Below, one piece after another: positions 1 to 9,732 of a DNA stretch of 64,000 nt. The stretch's first letter is position 1. Each line of letters opens with the position of its first letter. A model generated the notes under the pieces. The model saw only the letters and a program-made list of their open reading frames with translations, was not told where the DNA came from and did no database searches. This DNA is from an uncultured Actinomycetota bacterium. GTDB lineage: Bacteria; Actinomycetota; Actinomycetes; JAFAQI01. Both the position numbers and the translations under genes were made by a program. Location of the stretch: the NCBI GenBank assembly GCA_963770565.1, contig CAVYQE010000001.1:448001-512000 (forward strand). Reading direction: 5' to 3'.

Positions 1-1
1 G

Positions 2-220
2 CTCCGCCGGCAGCAGGCGAATGCGGTGGTTGCCGCACGGTCACGGATCGTCGAAGGCGCGGTCGGGATGGTCGAGATGGCGCTGGCCCGGCTGAGCGAG
101 CGCGAGATCGTCACTCTGGACGAGGAGCGCAAAGCGGCGATGGTCAGCAACCTGATGGTTGTCCTCTGTGGTGACCAACCGGCGTCACCCATCGTGAATG
201 CCGGGTCGCTCTACACGTGA
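2..220 (+). CDS. SPFH/band 7 domain protein, C-terminal part (truncated by window)
   Basis: Open from base 2; [28 protein letters not shown]...[17 protein letters not shown]...NAGSLY is the typical tail of this SPFH subfamily. Confidence 0.85.
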   Translation, partial: LRRQQANAVVAARSRIVEGAVGMVEMALARLSEREIVTLDEERKAAMVSNLMVVLCGDQPASPIVNAGSLYT

Positions 221-417
221 GCCAGGAGCGCAAGCCAGTCCTGTTGCGCATCGATCCTGAAGTGCACGATGCGTTGGCCCGGTGGGCGACCGACGAGTAT
301 CGCAGCCTCAACGCCCACATAGAAATGCTGTTGCGCCAAGCCCTGACGAACGCGGGCCGGATGCCGAAGCGCGCCGGCCCGCTGCCGAAGCGGGGTCGCC
401 CGCCTGCGGCTGGCTGA
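217..417 (+). CDS. Small Arc-like ribbon-helix-helix DNA-binding protein
   Basis: [30 protein letters not shown]; overlaps SPFH stop (GTGA); usual partner of this SPFH family. Confidence 0.75.
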   Translation: MSQERKPVLLRIDPEVHDALARWATDEYRSLNAHIEMLLRQALTNAGRMPKRAGPLPKRGRPPAAG

Positions 418-429
418 CGATTCAGTGCG

Positions 430-2517
430 CTAGGTCTTGACCGAGATCCTGGCGTGGAAGGTGGTCTTCACGCCGGTCGAGTCCGTCGCGGTCACCCTGA
501 CGATGTACTTGCCCGCGTGGTGCCAGGTGTGCGACACGTTCAGGCCCTTGCTGGTGTGGTGGTCACCCCAGTTCCAGTGCACGTGCCGGACCTTGCCGCC
601 GGTGTTCCGATCGATGACCTCGGCACTGAACTTGGCCTTGTGACCGGCCTGGATCACGATCGTGCGGAACACGACGATCTTGAGCTTCTTGCCGACGGTG
701 ATCTTCCCGTGAGTGACGCTCTGGTGGCCTGAGCTGTCGGTCACGGTCAGGGTGACGGTGTGCGTGCCGGACTTCGTGTAGGTGTGCTTGGCGTGCACGG
801 AGGTGCTGCTCGTGCTGCGACCGTCACCCCAGCTGTAGAAGTACTTGGTGATGTGGGCGCCGCTGATCCGCGGAGTCGCGTGCGCGGTGAAGGTCGCGGC
901 ATGGTGCAGCTTCACCACCTTCGGCGTAGTGAGCGAGACGACCGGGCTGTTCGAGGTGAACAGTCGTACGCCGATCGGCGTCCCGACGCCGGACGGGCCG
1001 TCGTAGCCGATGCCCGCATTGCATTCAGAGCTCAGTGGCGGCGGTGACACCGGGTCGGTGTTGTTGCGCGGGAAGCTGCAATCGACCGTGCCGGCGCCGA
1101 GCGCGTTCGGGTTGTGGGTGGCGCCGTTGCTGAACTCGTCGAACACCGCGTTGCCGCAGTTCGTGGTGCTATCGCCGCCGCAGAAGCTGTTGCCGCCAAT
1201 CGTGATGTCGGTGAGCCAGCTCGGATGCAGCTTGGCGTTCTGGTAGATGGTCTGGGCCGGGTACGGCGTGCCGCCCGAGCCGCCGGCGAGTGCAAACAGC
1301 GCGGCCACGAGTGGTGAGGCGAGCGACGTCCCGCCGACGGTTCGCCAGCCGGCGTCCGAAGGAGCAGTTCCCCAGCTGTCGTACTCGTCGAAGCCGGTGG
1401 CCGGGTCGGCCAAGTCCGAGATGTCCGCGGCCAGCCGCTTGCCTGCGCATCCGGTCGCGCTGTATCCGCTGAAGTGTGCCTGCCAGCTCTTCGCGGTGAA
1501 CAGCTGACTGCAGCCGCCGCCGCCCGCGCCGTCGGACCGACCGTCGGTCGCCCCGTTGATGTCGTCGGCGCCATCGTTGTTCCAGACGTACTGGTTGCCG
1601 GTCGTGTCCGACGTCGGCTGGAAGCCGGTGCCGCCGACCGACACGACGTCGGGAGACGTGGACGGGAACGACGCGGCCTGTGGGTTCGGCGGTGACGCAG
1701 CGTTGGCGAAGTCCCAGTCGAACCAGCCGTCGTCACCGGTCGATGCCGTGATCACGACGCCCGGGTGGTTGAACGCGGCGACGAAGCTTGAGGGCAGCGG
1801 TCCTTCGGGGCCGCCGAAGGAGTTACTGACCTCGGTGGCGCCCATCCGCACCGCGGTGTTCTCGGCGGCGCCAATGTCCGTGACGGTGGGCCCCTTTGCC
1901 TCGACGAGCAAGATCCTGCAGGTGTTGCACACGCCGCGCACGGTCTCGACGTCGAGGGCGATCTCGTCCGCGGACGACCTGCCCTCCGAGCTCGACGGCA
2001 GTGGCGAGGTCTTGCCGTTCTGGTTGACCTTGCGGAACGACTTCGAGGTTTCGGCCTTCAGGCCGTACTGCGCATCGAAGTGTCCAAGGTCGCTGCGGAT
2101 GTGCGGGTCGTCGAACCAGTCGACGATGCCGACGGTCTGGCCGGACCGACTGAGGGCCGGGTTGAAGCCGTAGAACGACGCGAGGTCAGCGGGGGTGAAG
2201 CCGCCGGCCGGGCCCGGCCCGACGGTGTCCGACTTGAGGTACTCGTAGGCGCCCGGGGTGCCCTTTTTCACGGCAACCCGCTGCATCGCGTAGCAGGTCA
2301 CCTGCCCGACCTTCACGACCCTCGAGCACAGCGGTCGGTTCACGGCGTACCCGATCTCGCGCGCGGGCGCGTGCAGCGCGGGCTGCGGATGTCCCGGCAG
2401 CACGGTCGATGCGGACGCGGCGCTGCTCGCCATCAGGCCGCAGCCGATGGCGACGGCCGCAATCGCGGCGATCAGGCGCGGCCGACGGCCGACCGACAGG
2501 TGCAATGGAACCTTCAA
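430..2517 (-). CDS. Secreted S53 (sedolisin-like) serine protease with two C-terminal PKD domains
   Basis: Signal peptide; DEIALDVE (E/D), STGDDG, GGTSLASP (Ser); two WGDG/WGDH...HTY/HTW..G...VTLTVTD PKD repeats. Confidence 0.85.
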   Translation of the reverse strand: MKVPLHLSVGRRPRLIAAIAAVAIGCGLMASSAASASTVLPGHPQPALHAPAREIGYAVNRPLCSRVVKVGQVTCYAMQRVAVKKGTPGAYEYLKSDTVGPGPAGGFTPADLASFYGFNPALSRSGQTVGIVDWFDDPHIRSDLGHFDAQYGLKAETSKSFRKVNQNGKTSPLPSSSEGRSSADEIALDVETVRGVCNTCRILLVEAKGPTVTDIGAAENTAVRMGATEVSNSFGGPEGPLPSSFVAAFNHPGVVITASTGDDGWFDWDFANAASPPNPQAASFPSTSPDVVSVGGTGFQPTSDTTGNQYVWNNDGADDINGATDGRSDGAGGGGCSQLFTAKSWQAHFSGYSATGCAGKRLAADISDLADPATGFDEYDSWGTAPSDAGWRTVGGTSLASPLVAALFALAGGSGGTPYPAQTIYQNAKLHPSWLTDITIGGNSFCGGDSTTNCGNAVFDEFSNGATHNPNALGAGTVDCSFPRNNTDPVSPPPLSSECNAGIGYDGPSGVGTPIGVRLFTSNSPVVSLTTPKVVKLHHAATFTAHATPRISGAHITKYFYSWGDGRSTSSTSVHAKHTYTKSGTHTVTLTVTDSSGHQSVTHGKITVGKKLKIVVFRTIVIQAGHKAKFSAEVIDRNTGGKVRHVHWNWGDHHTSKGLNVSHTWHHAGKYIVRVTATDSTGVKTTFHARISVKT

Positions 2518-2594
2518 TATGTGAACCTTCCCCGCGCCTTAGGCGCTCGCCTTTGGGCACGGTGACCCCACCTTGTGCCTTCTACTATGAAAAC

Positions 2595-3740
2595 GTGATC
2601 TCCGTGACAAACCTGATCGGCCTAACGGGTGAACGCGAGGGCGTATTGCCCAGTCAGTGGCTCGCTTCGGCCATTTCCGAGGGCGTCATCGACGCCGGCG
2701 GCTTCACGATCCCGAAGGACAACATCCAGCCGGCCAGCCTCGACCTGCGGCTCGGCGAGGTCGCGTATCGGATCCGCTGCAGCTTCCTGCCCGGTGCCGA
2801 CACCGTCGAGCGACGGGTCAAGGACTTCGTCGTCGACGAGATCAACCTCCATCGCGAAGGTGTCGTGCTGGAGACCAACCGGCCTTATCTGATCCCGCTG
2901 AAGGAGCGGCTGTCGCTGCCGGCCGGCGTCCGTGGCAAGGCCAACCCGAAAAGCTCGACCGGCCGCGCCGACGTGTTCACCAGGGTGATCACCGACGGCA
3001 GTTCGCGCTTCGACGAGATCGCGGACGGCTATCACGGCGGGCTCTATCTCGAGGTTGTCCCGCTGTCGTTCCCGGTGCGGGTGCGCGAGGACCTTTCGCT
3101 CAACCAGCTGCGGCTCGCGATCGGCCGGGCCCAGCTCACCGATGACGAGGTACGCCGGCATCACGAAGCCGAGCCGATCCTCTACCTCGACGGCGAGCCG
3201 GTGCCGGTGGGCTCGCTCGAGCTCTCGGACGGTTTGTTCCTCGGCCTCGACCTGCGTGGCGACGCCCACGGGCGGGTCGGCTACCGGGCCCGCGAGAGCG
3301 CGCCGCTGCTCGACCTCACCCGCACCGGCGAGGCCGATCCGGACAGCTACTGGGAGTCGGTCCGTCGCGAGGACGGCGACCGGATCATCCTGAGTCCGCG
3401 CAACTTCTATCTGCTCATGTCGCGCGAGGCGGTGAGTATCCCGCCGTCGCTCGCCGCCGAGATGACGGCGTACGACCCGACCAGTGGCGAGTTGCGCACG
3501 CACTACGCCGGCTTCTTTGACCCCGGGTTCGGCTACGACCCGACCGGCGGATTCTCCGGGTCGACCGCGGCGCTCGAGGTCCGCGCGCACGACGTGCCGT
3601 TCATGGTCGAGCACCACCAGCGGGTCTGCAAGCTCACCTTCGAGCGGATGCTCGAGCCGCCGACCGTGCTCTACGGCCAGGGCATCGGGTCCAACTACCA
3701 GCGGCAGACCGAGACCCTCGGCAAGCACTTCCGTCGGTGA
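2595..3740 (+). CDS. dcd: dCTP deaminase, long two-domain (DCD) type
   Basis: IQPASLDLRLG, ANPKSSTGRADVFTR, HYAGFFDPGFG, LEVRAHDVPF, SNYQRQ; start placed at GTG 2595, 6 nt after TACTAT. Confidence 0.85.
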   Translation: MISVTNLIGLTGEREGVLPSQWLASAISEGVIDAGGFTIPKDNIQPASLDLRLGEVAYRIRCSFLPGADTVERRVKDFVVDEINLHREGVVLETNRPYLIPLKERLSLPAGVRGKANPKSSTGRADVFTRVITDGSSRFDEIADGYHGGLYLEVVPLSFPVRVREDLSLNQLRLAIGRAQLTDDEVRRHHEAEPILYLDGEPVPVGSLELSDGLFLGLDLRGDAHGRVGYRARESAPLLDLTRTGEADPDSYWESVRREDGDRIILSPRNFYLLMSREAVSIPPSLAAEMTAYDPTSGELRTHYAGFFDPGFGYDPTGGFSGSTAALEVRAHDVPFMVEHHQRVCKLTFERMLEPPTVLYGQGIGSNYQRQTETLGKHFRR

Positions 3741-3920
3741 CGCCCGCCCGCGACGACCAGGCCTGATCGACCACTCCCCGGTTCAGCACACAACAGCCGT
3801 CGCAGCGGCCGGCGGGACCGGACGAGCCGTGCGCGACGGACCCACAACGCACGTCCGACGGCGGCGTTGTGTGCTGAGACGGGGAGGGCGGGTCCGGGAG
3901 ATTCGCGGTACGGAGCGGGG

Positions 3921-6878
3921 TCAGTCGATCAGGTGGTTGCGGCGTGCGACGGCGACCGCCTCAGTGCGGCTCCCGGCGTCGAGCTTCGCCATGACGTTGG
4001 AGATGTGCACGCTCACCGTCTTGGCGCTGATGAACAGTTGCTGGGCGATCTCGCGATTGCTGCGCCCGGTGGCGACCAGCGTGAGCACCTCGCGCTCGCG
4101 GGTGGTCAGTGCGTCGGCGTCTCGCGACCTTGGCGCGCGGCCGGCAGTGGCGGTCGAGCCGGTCAGGGCCCGCAGCTCCTCGAGCAGCGGGCGCGCGCCG
4201 AGGGCGGTGGCTGACGCGCGCGCCAAGTCGGCTTCGGCGCCGGCCTCGGCGGACTTGCCGGCAGCGAACAGTACCGCGGCAAGTCGGGTGCGGCTGCGCG
4301 CGGTCTCATACACGTGCCCGAAGTCGTCGAACGTCGCGACCGCGTGCCGCCAGACGGCGATCAGGTCGGCCTCCTCGGGCGGGGTGATCCCGGCGAGCCA
4401 GTGCAAACGGGCGTGCTCGGCCTTGACCCGCGCCGTCCACGCCAGCCCTTCCGGGCCGACCGTTCGGCCTTTGGAGGCGATGACGTCGGCGGAGGCGGCG
4501 AGCTCGTCGCCACGGGCGACGAATGCCTCGCGCTCAGTCGCGGTCGCACCCGCGGCCGCGGTCGCGAGCTGGCCGAGCAGCAGCCCCGCCAGCCGGGTCC
4601 GCGCCGGGAACGCGGTGCGCTGCCACAACATGGAGACGGTGTCCACCGTGTCGTCGTGGACCGCGATGGCCCTCGCGATGTCGCCGGCCGCGCCGTGCAG
4701 GTCGATCGCGGCAGCACCGCTGGTGATCGGGACCAGGCCATCGATGTGCCACGACTTGCGCAGGCGCGGCATTGTTGCCAGCGCCCCGACGTCGCCGCGG
4801 CCGGCGGCGATCTCCAGCCCGATCGAGGTCAGCAACGCCTCGGCGAACTCCGGCGGCGACTCGCCGGTGACGTCGATCATCTTCTCGGCCGCCGCCCAGT
4901 CGCCGGTGACGACCGTCACGATCGCGCCGGTGGCCACCGCGTCCAGCCCGTACGGCGCCCACCGCCGGCCGATTCCGCACGCCTTGCGGACGGCTTGGTC
5001 GAACAGCTCGATCGCCGAGCTCAGCCGGCCCCGGGAGTACTGCATGCTCGCGAGGTGGTAGAGGCCGCGAAGCTCGGCGAAGGAGTCGCCGGCCGCCCTC
5101 GCCTCGTCGATGACCGCCGCGAGGGCCGACTCCGCGGCCTCCGGGTCGCCGGCTCGCTCGTCGAGCTTGGCCAGTTGGATCGTCGCGTCAGTCGCGACGG
5201 CGGCGAAGTTGAGGTCGCGCGCAATGGCCAGCGCCTCGGAGGCCCACATGGCGGCATCGTCGTCGCGGGCCCGGTCCGCGGTCGCTCGCGCGTGGACGCT
5301 GAGGATGTTGGCGCGCAGCTTGCTGGGCGGCTGGTCGGCCATCAGCTGGACCGCCTCGGTGGTGAGCGCGAGCAGGTCGAGCTTGTGATCCATCACCAGC
5401 GCGGTGACCGCGATCGCGTGGATCAGCCGCACCCGATCGAGCGGGGGCGCGTCCTCGGGCAGCGCGCCCAGCTGAGTCTCCGCCAGGGCCAGCGACCTGA
5501 CCAGGTGGCCGGCCGCGGCGGCCGCGTTGCTGGCCCGCACCACGACGTCGGTGCGGTCGAGCGGGTCGATGTCGCCGTCGGTGCTCGTGACCCCGGCTGC
5601 CACGCCGGGATCGGCTAGCAGCTCGAGGGCCATTTCGTAGTGCCGCAGCGCCTCCTCCGGGCCGCCAACCGACATCGCTTCGTCGCCGGCCTGGACGCTT
5701 GCGCGGGTCGCGGTGACCAGGTCGTGCGAGGCGCGCGCGTGCCGCGAAAGCTCCGCGGCCGAGCCTTCGACCCGATGGGCGGCGAGGGCACCGGCGTACA
5801 TCGCATGCAGTCGCACCCGCTCGCCGGGCAGCAGGTCCTGGTAGATCGCCTCGGCCAGCAGGGCGTGCCGGAAGGCGTAGCCGTCGGAGCCGAGCGCGAC
5901 CAGGATGTTGGCCTCGACCGCGGCGCGCAGCGCCTCCTCGAGCGCTGCTGCGTCGAGGTCGGTGCCGTGCGCGAGCAGGTTGTGCGACACCCGTCGCCCG
6001 GCCACCGCCGCGGCGCGCACGACCAGCCGGCCGTGGTCGTCGAGCTGGTCGAGCCGGACCAGAAGCAGGTCGGCCAGGTCGGCCGGGACCAGTCCGCCGC
6101 TGACCTCGGCGGCCGCGACCAGCTCCTCGATGAAGAACGGGTTGCCTTCGGCGCGGGTGAGGATCTGCCGGAGCTCCTGCTCTGGCATCGGGTCGGGGTG
6201 CAGCTCGCGGACCAGGTCGCGGGACTCCTGCTTGCTCAACGGGCCGAGTTGCAGGCGCGACACGGTCGGCAGCCGGACCCACTCGGACAGCGCGGTCCGC
6301 AGCGGGTGCCGGCGGTGTAGGTCGTCGCTGCGGTAGGTCGCGAGGATCGCGACCGGGGAGCTGAACTGTCGAGCGAACAGCAGCCGGAGCAGGTCCCGGG
6401 TGGACTGGTCGGCCCAATGGACATCCTCGACGATCAACAGGACGGAGGTGTCCTCGCTCAGCCGGGACAGACCGGCGTGTACCGCGTCGAACAGAGCGGC
6501 CCGTCCGGTCGGCTCGGGCGCGGGATCCTCGGTCAGCAGGCGGTGGGCCGGCATCAGGACCGAGATCGAAGGGTCAACGTCAACGAGCGAGGCCGCCAGC
6601 CCGGGGCTGTCCGCTGCCAGTCGGCCGAGTGCCTCGCTGAAGGGAAGGTACGGCGGCGAGCCGTCGCCGAAGTCGAGGCAGTGCCCCACCAGCACCCGCC
6701 AGCCGTCGGCGAGCACCCGGGCGCGCAGCTCGGCCACGAGCCGGCTCTTGCCGGCCCCGGCGTCGCCGCCGAGCAGCACTGCTCCGCCGGCGACGTCGCC
6801 GGCTCCGACCAGCTCGGCGAGCTGGCGGATCTCCTCGACCCGTCCCACCAGCGGCGTCGGCGTCACGTCTAACGGCAC
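3921..6878 (-). CDS. Large ATP-binding LuxR-family (LAL-type) transcriptional regulator
   Basis: GDAGAGKS Walker A, LLIVEDVHWAD Walker B, GNPFFIEEL, C-terminal LTTREREVL...SNREIAQQLFISAKTVSVHISN HTH. Confidence 0.92.
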   Translation of the reverse strand: MPLDVTPTPLVGRVEEIRQLAELVGAGDVAGGAVLLGGDAGAGKSRLVAELRARVLADGWRVLVGHCLDFGDGSPPYLPFSEALGRLAADSPGLAASLVDVDPSISVLMPAHRLLTEDPAPEPTGRAALFDAVHAGLSRLSEDTSVLLIVEDVHWADQSTRDLLRLLFARQFSSPVAILATYRSDDLHRRHPLRTALSEWVRLPTVSRLQLGPLSKQESRDLVRELHPDPMPEQELRQILTRAEGNPFFIEELVAAAEVSGGLVPADLADLLLVRLDQLDDHGRLVVRAAAVAGRRVSHNLLAHGTDLDAAALEEALRAAVEANILVALGSDGYAFRHALLAEAIYQDLLPGERVRLHAMYAGALAAHRVEGSAAELSRHARASHDLVTATRASVQAGDEAMSVGGPEEALRHYEMALELLADPGVAAGVTSTDGDIDPLDRTDVVVRASNAAAAAGHLVRSLALAETQLGALPEDAPPLDRVRLIHAIAVTALVMDHKLDLLALTTEAVQLMADQPPSKLRANILSVHARATADRARDDDAAMWASEALAIARDLNFAAVATDATIQLAKLDERAGDPEAAESALAAVIDEARAAGDSFAELRGLYHLASMQYSRGRLSSAIELFDQAVRKACGIGRRWAPYGLDAVATGAIVTVVTGDWAAAEKMIDVTGESPPEFAEALLTSIGLEIAAGRGDVGALATMPRLRKSWHIDGLVPITSGAAAIDLHGAAGDIARAIAVHDDTVDTVSMLWQRTAFPARTRLAGLLLGQLATAAAGATATEREAFVARGDELAASADVIASKGRTVGPEGLAWTARVKAEHARLHWLAGITPPEEADLIAVWRHAVATFDDFGHVYETARSRTRLAAVLFAAGKSAEAGAEADLARASATALGARPLLEELRALTGSTATAGRAPRSRDADALTTREREVLTLVATGRSNREIAQQLFISAKTVSVHISNVMAKLDAGSRTEAVAVARRNHLID

Positions 6879-6984
6879 GAACCCATCATGCTGCGTGGCG
6901 GTGACGGTTCCTAGCGGGATTTCGCCCTCCCGCGCTCTGTGGAGCCGCGCGGAGTCAGGCGACCGAGCATCGTCCGCTCGCGTG

Positions 6985-7170
6985 TCAGTGGTGCGGGGCC
7001 GGCCGCAGGCCGGACGGGTGGTTGGCCTCGGCCCGCCGCTTCTGGCTGATCAGGCCGATCGGCCACTTGAGGTGCAGCTTGCGAGGTGACCGGGCGAATT
7101 CAGCCGCGAGCCGCTCGGCGCGGTAGTTCACGTCGGCGAGGGCCATGAGTTGAGTGGTCTGTCCGAGCAT
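6985..7170 (-). CDS. Small hypothetical protein upstream of LuxR regulator
   Basis: 61 aa ORF with GAAGGGA SD-like sequence upstream of ATG; co-oriented with the regulator. Confidence 0.55.
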   Translation of the reverse strand: MLGQTTQLMALADVNYRAERLAAEFARSPRKLHLKWPIGLISQKRRAEANHPSGLRPAPHH

Positions 7171-7329
7171 CGTGGTCGCTTCCCTTCGGACGCTTTGCTG
7201 TCCTTGTTGACAGGCTCAACATTGCGCGTCTGAGGTAGGCCGCCACATCGGGAGGAATCCTTATTTCGAGCGTGGAATCGCGGCCGGACCGCCTTAGGCC
7301 GGAGGGGGTCCTTAGGCCGCCTTAGCCGC

Positions 7330-8823
7330 CTAGACCTTGACCTCCGCCAGCTCGAGTTCTGCCTTCGAAGGTGCTTTCGGCTCCCGCGCGAAGCGCGGAA
7401 GCAGCGGCGACAAGGCCAGCAGCGCGAGCGTCGTACCGATCTGGACGATCAGGACCCGCCGCAGGCCCAGGTGGAAGTCGCCGGACGTGATCGCGTCGAA
7501 GAAGATCGTGCCGAGGACGGCGACCCCGATCGAGTTGGCCAGCTGCTGTCCGGCGTTGAGGACGCCGGAGGCCGAGCCGGTCTCGGCATCGGTGACCGAC
7601 GCCAGGATGATGTCGAACATCGGCGCGACGACCAGCCCGAGACCCACGCCGGTCACGAGCAGACCGGGCATGAGGTCGAGGAAACCGATGGTGGAGTGCC
7701 CGCGCAGCGCCACGGCCAGCAGCACCCAGCCCAGGACGCTGACGGCCAGGCCCGCCTGCAGGGTCCGCCGGCCGAACTTCGGCCCGAGCACGCCGCCGGA
7801 CAGGCCGGCACCGATGACCAGGCCGACCGACAGCGGGACCGTGCAGATGGCTGCGTGGATCGGGGTGAAACCCTGCCCGATCTGCAGGAACAGGGTGGCG
7901 CAGAGCAAAGCGCCGCCCATCCCGCTGAAGAAGAGCATCGCGAAGACCAGGCCGGCCGAGTAGCCACGGTGCCCGAAGACGCTCGGCGTGACGAGCGGGG
8001 CCTGCCCGGCCGCATCCCGGCGGCGCTGGTGCGCGGCGAAGCCGAGCAGGAGCGCGATGCCGGCCGCGATCATCGTGTAGGTCCACCACGGCCAGCCGTA
8101 GACCCGGCCCTGGATCAGCGGATAGACGACAAGTACGGCGAATCCGCTCACCAGAGCGGTACCGGTCAGGTCGAGCCGGGTGCCGCGATCCGGGAGTGAG
8201 GGAGGCAGCAGCCGTGCGGCGCCGATGATCGCGGCGATCCCGAGCGGCACGTTGACGAGGAAGACCAGCCGCCAGCCGCTGCCGAACAGGTTCCAGTCGA
8301 TCAGCGAACCACCGATGATCGGGCCGAGCACGGCCGAGAAGCCGATCACCGGCCCGAAGATCGCGAAGGCCTGCTGGCGCTCGTCGGGCGGGAACACCTC
8401 ACGCAGGATGCCGAACCCCTGCGGCAGCATCAGCGCGGCGAACCCACCTTGGATCAACCGGGCCGCGATCAGGACCGTGGTGTCGGGGGCGAGGCCACAC
8501 AGGGTGGACGCCAGCACGAAGCCGGCCGCACCCATGAGGAACATCCGCTTGCGTCCGATCAGGTCGCCGAGCCGGCCGCCGGTGATCAGCCCGACCGCGA
8601 TCGCCAGCGGGTAGCCGCCGACGATCCACTGCAGCGAGGTCGACGACGCGTGGAACTGGCGAGCGATCTGTGGCGCCGCGACATTGACCACGGTGGAGTC
8701 GATCAGGTCCATGCACTCGGCGGCCAGCACGACCGCGAGGATCAGCCACCGGTGCCGGTAGAAGATCGAATCTGGGGCGGAAGCGTCGGCTTTCTCAGCG
8801 GCGGCGCGAACATCGTTCGTCAT
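7330..8823 (-). CDS. MFS efflux transporter, DHA2 (14-TM) family
   Basis: MDLIDSTVVNVAAP, GGRLGDLIGRKR motif A, many TM helices; start trimmed to MTNDVR. Confidence 0.9.
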   Translation of the reverse strand: MTNDVRAAAEKADASAPDSIFYRHRWLILAVVLAAECMDLIDSTVVNVAAPQIARQFHASSTSLQWIVGGYPLAIAVGLITGGRLGDLIGRKRMFLMGAAGFVLASTLCGLAPDTTVLIAARLIQGGFAALMLPQGFGILREVFPPDERQQAFAIFGPVIGFSAVLGPIIGGSLIDWNLFGSGWRLVFLVNVPLGIAAIIGAARLLPPSLPDRGTRLDLTGTALVSGFAVLVVYPLIQGRVYGWPWWTYTMIAAGIALLLGFAAHQRRRDAAGQAPLVTPSVFGHRGYSAGLVFAMLFFSGMGGALLCATLFLQIGQGFTPIHAAICTVPLSVGLVIGAGLSGGVLGPKFGRRTLQAGLAVSVLGWVLLAVALRGHSTIGFLDLMPGLLVTGVGLGLVVAPMFDIILASVTDAETGSASGVLNAGQQLANSIGVAVLGTIFFDAITSGDFHLGLRRVLIVQIGTTLALLALSPLLPRFAREPKAPSKAELELAEVKV

Positions 8824-8853
8824 AACGAACACTGTTCCAACGAACAATGTTCG
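8807..8853. promoter_or_regulatory. Three tandem palindromic TetR-type operators CGAAC-N3-GTTC
   Basis: cgaacATCgttcg 8807-8819, cgaacACTgttcc 8826-8838, cgaacAATgttcg 8841-8853 at the MFS start, between divergent MFS and TetR genes. Confidence 0.7.
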
Positions 8854-8875
8854 TGTCAAGTGGTTTACTTGATCT

Positions 8876-9631
8876 GTGAGGAAGGCGTCGGAGACCACGG
8901 CGCTCCCGCCCGCGCCACGCCGGCAGGGCCCGCCCCGCCAGACCCAGCAGCGCACTCCGCGCACGCTCAGCCGCGGAGCGATCGTCGATGCTGCGGTGCG
9001 AGTGCTCGACGCCGAGGGGCTCGGGGCGGTGACGATGCGCCGGGTGGCGGACGAGCTCGGCACCGGGCCGGCGTCCCTCTACGCCCATGTCGCCGACAAG
9101 GACGAGATGGTGGCCGCGGTCCTCGACCGGGTGATCAGCGAGGTGGAGATCCCCGATCCGATCGACCCGGAGCGATGGCAGGAACAGCTCAAGGAGCTGG
9201 CCCGCTCGGTGCGACGGACCTTCGCGCAGCATCGCGACATCGCCCGCGCCAGCCTCGGCAACATCCCCACCGGAGAAGGCGCGCTGCCCGGGATGGACGC
9301 GATGGTCGGCATCCTGCTTGCGGGCGGGGTCAGCCCGGTGGTGGCCGGCCTCTCGGTGGACATCCTGGCGCTCTACTTCACTGCGTCGGCGTTCGAGGAG
9401 AGTCTCGAGACCTTCCCCGTCGGCGAGCAGGAGAAGCAGGCGTTCCACGAGGAGCTGAGACAGTTCTTCGCCGCGCTGCCGGCCGACCGCTTCCCACACT
9501 TGGTCGGGATGGCCGGACCACTGACCTCCGGTGACGGTGACGAGCGGTTCGAGTTCGGTCTCGACCTGCTCGTCCGCGGCATCGCCTCGACCGTCAAGGC
9601 GGCGAAGAAGTCACGCAAGAAGAAGCGCTAG
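8876..9631 (+). CDS. TetR family regulator with TetR_C domain
   Basis: LSRGAIVDAAVRVLDAEGLGAVTMRRVADELGTGPASLYAHVADK; ERFEFGLDLLVRG. Confidence 0.92.
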   Translation: MRKASETTALPPAPRRQGPPRQTQQRTPRTLSRGAIVDAAVRVLDAEGLGAVTMRRVADELGTGPASLYAHVADKDEMVAAVLDRVISEVEIPDPIDPERWQEQLKELARSVRRTFAQHRDIARASLGNIPTGEGALPGMDAMVGILLAGGVSPVVAGLSVDILALYFTASAFEESLETFPVGEQEKQAFHEELRQFFAALPADRFPHLVGMAGPLTSGDGDERFEFGLDLLVRGIASTVKAAKKSRKKKR

Positions 9632-9645
9632 CCGGCGTCGCGCGG

Positions 9646-9708
9646 AGTTGATCATGGCAAAGAGCGGCGTTTTCTCGCCGATATTGCCTCGGTTTGCCAT
9701 GATCAACT
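9646..9708. repeat. Extragenic inverted repeat (REP-like or terminator)
   Basis: agttgatcatggcaaa ... tttgccatgatcaact, 16-bp perfect arms just after the TetR stop. Confidence 0.7.
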
Positions 9709-9732
9709 TCTGGTGCCGCCTAGCATCGAGGC

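Noticed and set aside
3484-6417. Long shadow ORFs (e.g. 3484-5061, 4314-5618, 5188-6417; also 11763-13703, 50990-53017, 59409-60041)
   Set aside because: Arg/Ala/Pro-rich antisense or off-frame products typical of high-GC DNA, overlapping well-supported genes
8807-8853. LexA SOS boxes
   Set aside because: Spacer is N3, not the N4 of actinobacterial CGAAC-N4-GTTCG, and the context is a TetR/MFS pair
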